A stretch of DNA of 63,238 nucleotides, filler included, from Nemertoderma westbladi (lineage: Eukaryota > Animalia > Xenacoelomorpha): NCBI GenBank assembly GCA_032718475.1. It is 3 parts of 3 records of this genome, joined end to end, with 100 filler letters (N's around TTAATTAATTAA, not from the genome) between each part and the next. Parts side by side here need not be neighbours in the genome. Positions count along the whole stretch, not along the records: positions 1 to 28,464 come from JAUCBJ010005511.1; 2 more parts are not named here. One strand, given 5' to 3'. The number at the start of each line of letters is the position of its first letter. Within the stretch, counting starts at the first letter, position 1. This document shows, in pieces, positions 11,267-22,855 of this stretch. Below the pieces are notes generated by a model. That model was not told the DNA's origin. It ran no database searches and saw only the letters and a list, made by a program, of their open reading frames with translations. A program made the translations under genes and the position numbers.

Positions 11267-12957
11267 AATGACATCGAATCGATAGACACTACTGCACTAC
11301 TGCTGTTCTGAGCTACTGCATTTCTGCGATAGGAAATACCGGTACACCAATACTGCAATAGTAATACCACCTGAATAGGGGTATATCTTTTGCGTAGAGG
11401 TATAGCCTACATAGAGGCTACATGTAGGTATGTGTAGCCTACATGTAGATGCACGTGTAGGGTGAATGTAGGTAGGTGTAGGTAGGTCTTTAAAAACAAC
11501 AATGATGAATGAATAGGCCTACACGGGGTACCCGGACCCGAACTTCCTCGATGAGATGCGAATGCGGCGAACGGGGGTGGTACCCGGAACAACCACGAAG
11601 AGATGCGCATATGGCGGGCGGTGGTACCCGAAACAACCAGGAGGAGATGCGAATACGTCGAATGGGGGTCCCCTGAATACCCACGAGACGGAGCCTATCA
11701 ATACTACAGTACTGACAAAGGAAAAAACGACTGAACGATATACCGATACATACTGTAGATCTTATGATCCTGCGGGTTCAGGCATGGAGGCTAATGACTT
11801 TGTATGGGCCGAACGGCCCGAACCTGATGTTTCCAGTCAAGGAGGAATCGACTAACGGTTAGGGTTAGAGCTCGTCGTCGGTGTCCATGAGGGTCTGAGG
11901 ATGAGTGGGTGATTCAACAAAACGCGAACAATGATACCGGACTGACTGATTGAACCAGAGTGGCGATGGTAGTCGCTGATGTATATATATTATATATATT
12001 ATATATATCATGTATTGATTGTTAGTAGATATTTTTTTATAGTATTTGTTTATTAAATTGTCTTCAATGTCTATATTGATAATATTGTGTGCTGTGCTGA
12101 TTTTACTTATTTTTCATTTTATAAATCTTGCTGTGGCCGTTTTAATCTACTAAACTGCCGTATCAATTTCATGATATTTTAATGGATATGCAATTTAACT
12201 TCTTCTTTCTATTAACTTTCAATGCAATCAAATATAACTGTAAAGCTATTGACTTTCGTATTATTGTTTTGCTGTTACTTCGAGATGGGATTTGAATCCC
12301 ATCGGATTACTGATTAATTCCCATCATCGAGATGGGAATACTTTATAATGAAACAGTGTGGTGGTCCGCGGGATAGTGGGAAGGGATGGGACTGTTGCTG
12401 GTTGGTGGAATGTGACTGCCTGAAAAATTAAAAAACAAAACTTCCAGACTTCTATATTTTTACTTTCAAAACAAAACGTCCAAAACATTTCAATGCTGAA
12501 GTACTGTTCAAGTCCCATGGATGTATGGTTGATAAACAGATAAAGAGGGGCAGAGGGGGGTCAGGGTTTCTGGTAGACTATAATCCCCGCGATGATGGCT
12601 GTTATTGTTTAGGTTACTCTTACTCAATAAACATATAAATCAGAACGAGTTAATCTAATGGAACGATGCCTTTCGTGGCGTTAGCATACTCAAATTTATT
12701 AGGGCATAATATTTATGACGAGTAAGGGAAAAGGGTTGGTTAAAAGTTAAAAGTTATCTAAAAACAATATTTTAATTTTAATTTAATTTAATTTCATACA
12801 CAAACAAACAAAATATAGTTTGGTACACCGTAATTAATGTGCACAAATCGACCACCTAAACTATAAAATAACAAAAGCACAGACTGAAACAGAAACAAGA
12901 CAAAATATTGGTAATATGTAAGTGTATTAAACCCTAACCAACAAACTAAGAGAAGAA

Positions 12958-14685
12958 TCATGCAGTGGCAGCAAAATTTATAATATTATCTAGTTCAAGA
13001 GAATCAAAACCGGGAACACTAGCGTTATTTAACCGACAATTAATAAGTTCTTGTAACAAAGGAACCCGCCATTCATTACCAACAGGCACATGTGCATAAC
13101 TCAAACTATTAGCAAACCTTGGGACCAGAGAACGTAAATTATATATGTTACACCGGTTACCAATATTTCGTAAATTTGTGCCCGAACGTGTCCTACAATC
13201 AAAAACGCACAGTTCAGCCAAAAATCGTATAATACGTTTATTAGATGTGAGTAAAGAGTTAACAAATTTAACATAACGAGTTTGCAACATTACGCACGGA
13301 TGCTTAAAAGGTACCAAATTCTCTACAATAAATCTATGTGTATTGTAAGGTAATCTGAATATTAATCTAATATTAATATTCCACAATGTATAAATTCTAG
13401 ATGTACTGTCTGAAAAAAGGTCCCATAGATTACTCCCAAAAAGACAAGTTGCGTAAATCCGCTGGATATCGCACAATAAATAAGGATCAGAAAAATAAAA
13501 CTCTTGTCTTAGTGCATTTAATTTACCTATTAATTGGCCGCGTTTTTTCAGTACATCAGACACCATACTATTGCGAAAATCAAAAACATGCCCCAAATGA
13601 ACTGCCTCACGAACCCATGGCAAATCGTGACCATTTAAATATATTCTGGCAGCAGGTTCCCTCCAACGCGTCGAGTTGCTGAATGCAATACATTTCGATT
13701 TAGACTTCTCTGGAGTTACATTTGTACTGAAAACTAAATCATTATCTTGTGCAAATCTTTCGCATAATGAAACCATAAACTGAAGGCCGCACAGAGATGG
13801 GCACAGCAAGAAAATATCATCCGCGTATGCTAGTGCACCCAAGAAATATGTGCCTATCCAGCATCCTACACCTGCCTCTCGCAGACGCACAAGGAGCGAG
13901 TTGAGAAGAATGCAAAACAGAATTGGCGAGGCCACAGATCCCTGTTTTACACCATTAGAAATACCGAAAGGAGACGATAAAGTTTCATTCCAACGGACAC
14001 AACAGGATTGATTGGAATATATCCACAGTAGGGTACGTAGGAATAACGGAGAGAAACCCTTTTTGATCAGTTCCAAGAATAGTTTACACCACTCGACCAT
14101 ATCGAATGCCTTTGTGAGGTCAAGTAGACTCCCATATACTGGTGTATTGTACCTGGAGTAATGACCAATCACCTCTGAGGCCACCCACGAGCACTGGCTT
14201 GTCCCCGTACCAGACTGAAAACCGAACTGCAGCTCATCCAATGAAAGGCATTCAGATTGTGACAGCAACATTACCCATTCAAATAGTTTGATTAACAATG
14301 ATGACAAAGCTATTGCACGGTAGTTACTAGAGACGGCTTGATCACCCAGCTTATCTTTAATTAAAGGTAATATAACGCAAGTCAGAAGAAATTGAGGTAC
14401 AAAACCATGAACAAGAAACAAGTTAAATAACCTAACTAATTGCTCTCTAAATTCCGGGCCCGCATTGATTAAGCAGTCCGAATCAAATCCAAAGGCTACA
14501 TCTGTCTTAGAACTTTTAAGCTTATTCATAGCCTCCCAAACTAGCTCTGAAGTTATAAGCGGCAATGCATCCCTATCACAACTGTCCAATTTCTCATGAA
14601 TCTGCTGCCGTAAACCTTCCAAATTTGAGTTATAAGGTTGATTAAACAATGTGGAGTAAATTGAAGCAAAGCGATCAGCTATTGA
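12958..14685 (-). CDS. Outer LINE ORF2, C-terminal RT half
   Basis: SNYRAIAL, QFGFQ, LDLTKAFD, GVKQGSVASP, LAYADD RT motifs; frame open up to 14685. Confidence 0.92.
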   Translation of the reverse strand, partial: SIADRFASIYSTLFNQPYNSNLEGLRQQIHEKLDSCDRDALPLITSELVWEAMNKLKSSKTDVAFGFDSDCLINAGPEFREQLVRLFNLFLVHGFVPQFLLTCVILPLIKDKLGDQAVSSNYRAIALSSLLIKLFEWVMLLSQSECLSLDELQFGFQSGTGTSQCSWVASEVIGHYSRYNTPVYGSLLDLTKAFDMVEWCKLFLELIKKGFSPLFLRTLLWIYSNQSCCVRWNETLSSPFGISNGVKQGSVASPILFCILLNSLLVRLREAGVGCWIGTYFLGALAYADDIFLLCPSLCGLQFMVSLCERFAQDNDLVFSTNVTPEKSKSKCIAFSNSTRWREPAARIYLNGHDLPWVREAVHLGHVFDFRNSMVSDVLKKRGQLIGKLNALRQEFYFSDPYLLCDIQRIYATCLFGSNLWDLFSDSTSRIYTLWNINIRLIFRLPYNTHRFIVENLVPFKHPCVMLQTRYVKFVNSLLTSNKRIIRFLAELCVFDCRTRSGTNLRNIGNRCNIYNLRSLVPRFANSLSYAHVPVGNEWRVPLLQELINCRLNNASVPGFDSLELDNIINFAATA

Positions 14686-15060
14686 CTAGTTAGTTAGTTA
14701 GTTAAAATCTTTTATTCATCAAAACTCCGATGTTTAAAAAACATATGGAGGCAGCCCGTCTGGATGGCCCAGACATGGCTGATGATTGGTGATGAATAAG
14801 CGTCAGCAGCCGCACATTATTTGTTCTAAATCTAAATCTATTCTACAATACATACTACTAGTATTAAACACATACTCACTCAAATATATTTATACATACT
14901 CATACACACACAATCGTAATTGATACTAATATAACAGCACAATAAATAATAATCACCAATAAGTATAGCAGGTTGCAATGTAGGGCTAGTGGCAGTTAAT
15001 AATACTGTTCGTTAAAAAACGGTTGAATAATTGTAACTGGTTGTTGTCTTTTAGTTGAAG

Positions 15061-18000
15061 TTATGTTATTGCATTTCTGTCGTATTTTGTATGAAAGTGT
15101 TTTTTTAACGCGCGCATGAATTCCTTGTATTGCCTTATGAGTGTTAGTGTTTTATTTGTGCAGTTCCATAGGCGTGCAAAACTTAACATAGCGCTGTTGT
15201 ATGATATTGTGTTTTTCGTTATTGGAATTTTTACTTTATTCGTTCTCGGGTTTAATAGTTGTTTTGACTGTTGCTAATAAATGGTAGTTCTAAGTTTTGG
15301 AATGGTTTGGTAATTTTGAATATATATTGATAAAAAAATCGTAAAGCAAAATATTCCCTAAGGGCTGTTAATGTTGGTAGTTTTGATAGACGACGTAATT
15401 CGGTGCCAGAAATATCAGAAATCTTTTTGCTATGGACAATGCGAAGTCCATAGTTTTGTATTTTCTCTAAGCTATATAAGATAGTTTTAAAGCCGTGGAC
15501 ATTATGCAATGATACTAGTACTTCACAGCAGTAATTGTGGTATGGTAATACTGTAGCCTTATAAATATTTAGTTTTGTGCCTACTGGTAGCTGACCCTTT
15601 ATCTGCCGAAGTCCAGAGACGGCCTGGATCATTTTATTTGAGGTGATCTTAATTTGTTCGCGCCATTCAAGTTTGTTGTCAATGGTTAGACCAAGGTAAT
15701 TGATGTGTGTAGATTGTGGAATGTTAGTCTGTTTATTTGTATCCTCACTGAGATCCAGTTGTATGCTATTTATCTCGTCTGTTCTAGAATTTGGGGATAT
15801 TAACATGAATTCAGTCTTATCGTTATTTAGTTGGAGGTGCAAAGAGCTAAAATGTCCTTTAGTTCATTTATGTGTTTACTCAATGATATTGCAGCTCTGT
15901 TTGGATTTTTATCATGACAGTATACTAAGGTGTCGTCTGCATATTGGATTAGTTGGAGTTTACTTTTGCTAGCTATGGAATTTACATACATTAAAAATAT
16001 AATCGGGCCAAGGAGTGTTCCCTGTGGAATTCCGTGATTGATTAGTTTCCACTCAGAAGTGGTTCCGTTGAGTTTCACTCTTTGATATCTGTTTACTAAA
16101 AAAGTGCGCAGCATAGAGATAGCAGTGTTGTGGAATCCAAACTCGCCTAATTTTTGTAATAATATTGTGTGGTTCAATGAATTGAATGCTTTGCTAAGGT
16201 CTAGGGCTCCAATAGCTACATATTCACCAGTATTTAAGTAATTGCGCCAAGATTCTGTCGCATATAGTATAGCATCCCTAGTGGAGTAAGATTTCCTAAA
16301 TCCAAATTGAGTTTTGTTTATTAGCTTGTGTTTGTCCAGATAGTGTGTTATTTGAATGTATAAAACCTTTTCGAATATTTTCTCAAGTGCCGATGTTATT
16401 GATATGGGTCTATAGTTTTCTGGCTGTAGTCGGTCCCCTTTTTTGAAAACTGGAGTTACCTCTGCTATTTTCAATTTAGTTGGAAATGTAGATCTGGTTA
16501 TACATTCATTTATGAGGTAAGTTAGTGGGGCAATTATTTTAGGTTTTATTAGCTTCAGCAGTTTCGGTGTGATTGGTGAGGGGCCAGCTGATTTGTTAAT
16601 GTTAAGTCCATCTATGATATCATCTATCAAGAATTCATGAATATTCGAGAAACTAAAGCATGGTAAATTTCGTTGGTCCCGCATTACAATGGGGTTTGTT
16701 AATATATTAATGTTATTTGCTAAGTTAGGGATTCCTGTGAAGGTCCCCATTGCAATATAGGTTGTGTTAAAAATAGTCGCCATGCGTTTTGAATTTGTTG
16801 TAGTATTGCTAATGTCATTAAGCGCTGTTATTGTACATGTTTTCTTGTCCTTGTTAAGTATTCTGTTTACAACTTTCCATTTGTCTCTACTTGTACAGCT
16901 ATTGTTAAATTTATTTTTAATATATTTATTTTTCATTTGCCGGTTGTAGGTGTTAAATTTATTTCTTGCTATTTTAGATTCTTTGTGTGCTTCTATATTT
17001 TTGTTCTGGCGCCACAATTGTAATGTTGTGTTCTTTATGTCATGTAAATGTTGCAAATAGTCATTCCACCAAGGTGGTTTATTTGTTATTTTGTTTTTGC
17101 TCCTATTATTTGATATACGTTTATATTGCAGTGGAGCGTGTTTGTTAATAACTGTTTCAATCTGCGTTTCAAAGTATTGATATTTTGAATTGATGTCAGT
17201 TTGTGAGTATATGTAGTCCCAGCTAATTTTGTTAATATCCTGAGTGAAGTTGTTATCATTAAATGTACTGTAATCACGGATGTAATGGTACTGATTCTGT
17301 TTCTTTACGGGGCTTACGATTTTGTCTGTTTTTGCAATTATATATTCATGGTCTGAGAAGTCGCATGGCAGTGCCTGATGATCGTGAAGGTAATTTGGTG
17401 TTGTAATGAAAATATCAATTACGGTGTTAGTTGTTTTACTGTAACGTGTTGGTTTTGTCCTGTCTAGTATTTCGAGGTTATATAGTTTTGTTATTTCCTC
17501 CAGCTTATTTGTGTTAGGATCGTGATTAGTACAGTTTTGGTTAAGGTCAATGTTGAAGTCGCCCATTATGACTATTTTGCGGTTAGCGTTATGAATTGCA
17601 TTTTCGATTTCATCTGTAAAGTGTGTAAGAAAGTTTTGTGCAGTTTTCCTTGAACGATTATATGCAACACCCACTATTGTTTCCTTATTTATTTCAACCC
17701 ATATAGATTCGTAATAGTTTTTATTATGTTTTGATTTAATGTCATGCCGTATATTTTGCTGCATATTATTAGGAATATAAAGTACAGTTCCACCCCCCTT
17801 TTGTCTTTTTCTGTCGTCCCTATATGGTGTGAAGCCTGGTAATCTTATAGATTTTGTTGATACATTTGATTTTAGCCACGATTCCGAAATTCCAATTATG
17901 ATATTGTTGTCTATGCCGTGTAATATGTCCTTTAACTCAGAAAAATGCTTGATAAGGCTTGAGCTATTTATGTGCATGAATTTAAGGACATTGTTATTTT

Positions 18001-19252
18001 TTATTATATAATTTCGTATTTCTGTGGTAGCGTTGTGGCTCGTGTTCTGGCTTTCAATTGGTCCAGGATTGTGGTGTATATCTCCTGCGCGGTGTAAAAG
18101 GTCAAGTGTTATCAATGCGATAATTAATAGGTTAAATCTGGCAGTCATGTGAATGTAGAGGCAGTATCTTAAGGTTTGTATGGAAAATTTTGTTAATTGC
18201 ATGTAGTTGGCGGTAGTTTTCATAATATTTATTTGTTTGTTGGTTACCTTGGTAAAAGTGTGCTGATTGTTAAATAATATTTCAGGTTGCCAAATTAAAG
18301 TTGCTACGGTAAGTTTTACTATTATAGCTGCGATATGTTTTACATTCAGATTGCCATACCGGCAAGCGATAGCTCTTGTTAGAGAGTATGCAATAAGTGT
18401 CATTATTGATGTTAGCGCTACTATAGCTACACAGTCAGCAGCAGCAGAATTTATCACGGATTTTGAAAAAATTGTAATTGTTAAAAGTAAGGAAAACGAT
18501 GTCGCTAGAGTGAGAAAATATCGTTGTTTTATCGTTTTGTTTGAATATGGGATTCTGTTAATTTTGCGTCTGGCATAACTACTATTGTTGTCAGTAACCC
18601 CACATTGCTCTCTGTTACAAAAATATGTAAATGATATATATATATTATATGTAAACCAATTAACCAGTCCTGTAGTGCCATATATTTGCATATATAATAT
18701 TTGCAACAGATAATATGTAGTAATATAGTGTACTCGTACTCTAACATAAATATTAGTATACGATACCATACGGTCGCTGACGATCATCACAAACCAGATC
18801 AAAATTACCGGTGTCAATGGCCAAACCAAACGGACTGCTCTCCTGCACGTTACCGATATAATTATATACATACACAGAAACATGGTAAATAGTTTTGGTA
18901 ATAAAAAAATATATAAATTTGATTTATATATACGGAATATGATTATTGATGAATATAGTATGAATAATGTGATTGTGTAGTTGGTGTAATGAATAAATTC
19001 ATTAATTATGTAGACCGAGGATATAGTTCTCAAGTAGAAAATTGTTGCTAGTATAGCGGCATATTTTATGTAAAACATAGTAGTTACTTTTCCTATGTTT
19101 CCCAACTGTTGTAGATAATTGCGGGAAATATTTGGAAAACTATTTACTATTATCATAGCAATGAAAGGTATTACGAAAATAAGCGCTATTTTTTGGCCGT
19201 GTCTACATAATATAGTTTGAACAGCATTAATGATGATGACAATTAATTCCAA
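15061..19252 (-). CDS. Inner LINE ORF2: hydrophobic N-terminal region, 2A-like motif, APE endonuclease, RT (two frameshifts near 15853 and 15255)
   Basis: GDIHHNPGP at 18085-18059; APE motifs HINSSSL, ISESWL, GGGTVLY, MGDFN, SDHEY; RT motifs NYRPIS, QFGFR, LDLSKAF, GIPQGTLLGP, QYADD; C-terminal ARLWN with stop at 15061. Confidence 0.9.
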
Positions 19253-19370
19253 AATACTGAATGTATAACATTTATAGAGTAGTCAATGCTATAGACTTAA
19301 TAATTTGTATATCGGCGTGTCAAATCTTTAATATTATATTAATTTACTGATTTAGTCGGCCTGTATGGAT

Positions 19371-21230
19371 TTATTGTTGCCCAAGGCAGTGATTAAGAAG
19401 GTTAAGTGCTGCGGACATCATTATTTCCCTGTTAGGCGTGGTCGATGCTTTGCTGTTTAGCGGAGCGAGGTACGGTTGGGTTGCCCTTGGGATGTTTGTC
19501 TGGTTGATTGGGGAAATTGGTGGATATTCCACGTCATAAGGAGTGGGAGAAGGTAATAAAGTGGTGCGGTTAAGTGGATCAATGAAACCGCCGTAGCCTC
19601 CGGGTGCCGGTACATTCCGCTGTGGTGGAGCCGCATATGCTCCAGTAAGCGGGAATATTGCGTTGGAGTACGAGGTGGGCAACGACTGGGCGCACTGGGA
19701 GTAATGAGCTGTAGGTGTTGGAGTGTTACGTTGTGGATATGCTCCGGTTGGCCGCCATAGAGTGTTACAATACACTCCGGGTGGCGACTGACTGCGGCGT
19801 GGGGCAACTGAATATCCTCCATCTAGCTGCCACTGGGGGTCGGAGTGGGGGGCAGACGGCGACGGAGCGCGGCGTTCGAGTGGAGCTCTTGGATAAGCTC
19901 CAGCGGGCCGCGGGTTGGGAAGCCCACCGGTTGGTGCCGGATGGTTACGTTGGAGCGGAGTACGATTATCCATCGGAGCGTTCTGGTACGATTTATGTTT
20001 AGGCGCAGGGAAACCTCGGTTCCCTTGTAGGTGCGTTTTAATCGTTCGCGCGAGTAATCCAGCGTGACGGATGTGTAGGTGTTTCGAGTCCCCTGGTCGC
20101 AGATGGGATACGCGAATATGGTCGAATGTAGATACAGCTAAACCAAGCCGCTGTCCTAAACGATCAATTCTTTTGTTTACGTGTTGTATTGGGTAGTCAG
20201 CTCGGACTAGTAGGTGTGATATAATAAACCTACAGTTTATCCAAGCGGATCGTCCAATCTCGATAGCTTTCGTGATGTTATTCATCATCGCAGTAATATG
20301 GTTTGGTGAATCATTTCCAGTGGTGTCATTCGTTCCCACCATTATGAACACAGTGGATATGTTTGAAAACTGCTTTGTAGCCCGTGTTAGGTTGTTGATC
20401 AGAGTTTCGGTAGTTGACGTTGGAATCATTCGGGTCGCTGCTTTTAATTGGTTAGTTACGAGGTGGTTCCTGTTACTATCCATGAATAGTAGATTATCAA
20501 TTCTATTGAACTTCTGATTTTCGATCGTGGTAAACGGCTCGTCAGATTTAGCGGTGTACGGTAGGCCAAGTTGGTCCTCATCCTCAACCAACAATACGGG
20601 AATTGTTGGTTGCTCAGAATTAACACTGTTTAATTCCATGTCGTTGTTGTCGCTAACCGGTACGTTGTCCATGGCCGGTGCAGCTGAAGACTGTTGATGT
20701 ATTGCCAATGATGCATTAGGGATGGGTTGGATTGATTGCGGTTCCTCTGCTGCTGGTGAGATGGCGATGGTATCAGCGGTATGCGGACTGACTACCGCAC
20801 CGGCTCCGGCTTGTAGATCGTACAATCGTTTTTCAAACACAGCGATACGGGATAAGTCGTTCCTGCGAACTTGATGCAGCTGTGATAGTTGATGTTCCAG
20901 AGTAATTATACGTGTTGATAACTCGCAAACATAGCTCCACAGTTGGTCCATTGATTCCTCATTAAGGGGCTTGATACTAGTAGCCTGGGTAGGGTTACAG
21001 GGAGTGGGCGGTTTACCTGGGTCGTTGGACGGGTCGAGTTGTGACGATAGCCCATCCCAGACGACTGTGTCGTTCATGTTGGTTGCTTCCACACGTTTCT
21101 GATCCGAACTGCAGCTACCGGGCCCGGTAGCTGTGGATGGTGATTCGGCCATGTACCAGAGATTCATGGATTTGTTGTCCTCGCTGACTTGGTCATCTTT
21201 TTCAATTCTCCCAGTTATGGGAGACGTCAT
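19371..21230 (-). CDS. Inner LINE ORF1: coiled coil, SGNH/GDSL esterase-like domain, Pro-rich tail, 619 aa
   Basis: Heptad region (LWSYVCELSTRIITLEHQLSQL...); SGNH blocks LLFMDSN (I), VGTND (III), GDSKHL (V, DxxH). Confidence 0.8.
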   Translation of the reverse strand: MTSPITGRIEKDDQVSEDNKSMNLWYMAESPSTATGPGSCSSDQKRVEATNMNDTVVWDGLSSQLDPSNDPGKPPTPCNPTQATSIKPLNEESMDQLWSYVCELSTRIITLEHQLSQLHQVRRNDLSRIAVFEKRLYDLQAGAGAVVSPHTADTIAISPAAEEPQSIQPIPNASLAIHQQSSAAPAMDNVPVSDNNDMELNSVNSEQPTIPVLLVEDEDQLGLPYTAKSDEPFTTIENQKFNRIDNLLFMDSNRNHLVTNQLKAATRMIPTSTTETLINNLTRATKQFSNISTVFIMVGTNDTTGNDSPNHITAMMNNITKAIEIGRSAWINCRFIISHLLVRADYPIQHVNKRIDRLGQRLGLAVSTFDHIRVSHLRPGDSKHLHIRHAGLLARTIKTHLQGNRGFPAPKHKSYQNAPMDNRTPLQRNHPAPTGGLPNPRPAGAYPRAPLERRAPSPSAPHSDPQWQLDGGYSVAPRRSQSPPGVYCNTLWRPTGAYPQRNTPTPTAHYSQCAQSLPTSYSNAIFPLTGAYAAPPQRNVPAPGGYGGFIDPLNRTTLLPSPTPYDVEYPPISPINQTNIPRATQPYLAPLNSKASTTPNREIMMSAALNLLNHCLGQQ

Positions 21231-21308
21231 TTTTGGTGATTATATGCGCGAATGGTACGGTAGGTGGTAGGTAGTACAGTAGTGATGAACATATGCTGAA
21301 AGCCTAAT

Positions 21309-22703
21309 CTGTGAGTCAACACAGTCATCTATTCTAGAACTAACTACAGGCGACACCCGACGCAGCTTCTTAATCTCCTCGAATATCTGTTGATTGTTTC
21401 TCAAACAGGCTTGCAGTAATTTGTCTCGCTGAATGTTATCAGAAGCGCGTTTCAACCGTCGCACAGCATATTTAAACTGAGCCCTTGTAACTCTACGCAT
21501 ATGAAATAGATGTGCATTTTGAGAAACATTCGGACAACCAGCAGACACCCAGACACTATGCCAAAAGATAGACTCGTCACGGAAAGGTTTAACATTTTCA
21601 TTCCATCCTGGGAGCATAGGCCTATCAAATGTACCAGCACCATTCTTAACATTTCTATTAGATAAACAGTCTACTGCACAACTTTCAATAACTTGCAATA
21701 AATCAAGTGCGTACTTTTCAATATCTAATTTATGATTTACTTTTGCACAAAACAAATTATTACAAGAGAAACATCCACCCAAATCGGTGCTGTCCATGTC
21801 GTTAATCATAGCACTAAGTTTATTACGAAACTCTTGCTGTTGATCTAGGGTGGCTCGCTTAAAACGAACTTTTTCTTTCATATCTGTTTTTTGATTTATG
21901 TTCATCGATATACTCGGGTCATGTGACAAATTACTATGTAGTTCAAATTTTAGAAAAATTGGCAAGTGAAGCGATAAGTTTGAACCAGAGTGCACGACAC
22001 CGGCCTCAGTAATATTATCAAAAAATACAGTGGAACCAATAAAGTGATCTAACGTAGAGTGATGCCAAGTATTATCCGTAAACGACGAATAAGTAAAATC
22101 TACAGGAAAAATATCCCATAGTCGACCTAAATTATTATCTAATATAAATTGAATAACAGAACGAACATGTGGTGAATGTCTTATAAAGTCACAATTTAAG
22201 TCACCTGTAATCAGAATGTTACATGTATTATTTGCATCATCAATGATGCGCTTAATATCACTCAGAACTAAAAATAATTCATCTGAATCCATATTCCCCT
22301 GGTGGTCTACAGGAAAATATGAATTAATAATAATAATCGGCCTCATATCAGGTAGATTCAACCGTATTGCTTGCAACCTAAAATTACTACAATTTATACG
22401 AGTAATGAATTTACACAATTCTTTACGAAATATAAAACAAAGCCCGCCCTTCGGCCTGCCTGCTCGTACTTCACTATCTGCAAAAATAGCTGGCTGTATA
22501 ATGCAATCAAAATCATTCTTAAATGGTGCTCTAATACGATATGAATTATCTTTTAGGACAAAATGCTCTTGTATACAGAGTATATCACTACCTAAAAGTA
22601 AAACTTTTATAAAGTCCAATTTATCAGGAGATAAACCCGTACTGTTTAACGACGAAATACAGAATGTACTTTTATTACTATGAAAGTCGGTGTAGGAGGC
22701 CAT
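21309..22703 (-). CDS. Outer LINE ORF2, N-terminal APE endonuclease half
   Basis: SLNSTG, LCIQEH, GRPKGG, NSYFP, TGDLN, LDHF, SLHLPI; joins the 14685 frame in phase once the nested element is removed. Confidence 0.9.
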
Positions 22704-22855
22704 TTTGAAAATACAGTAGGAATAGAACTCGAACAAAAAATAATTAATCAGTTATACATAAGTTTTTAGTTAAGTTAACTTAAATATCCCTATATATATA
22801 TTATATTATATAAGTAAGTAAATGCCTGGTGTATAATAAGTATAAAGAGTATAAG

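Larger units (their letters stand above)
14688..21308 (-). mobile_element. Nested full-length CR1/L2-group LINE (6.6 kb)
   Basis: 5'UTR, ORF1, ORF2, 3'UTR with AATAAA and an (AACT)4 tail at 14688-14703; flanked on both sides by CT (14686-87, 21309-10). Confidence 0.9.

Noticed and set aside
11520-11860. Short imperfect GAGATGCG...GGTACCCG repeats and a 99-aa ORF
   Set aside because: Only about three degenerate units and no recognisable domain.
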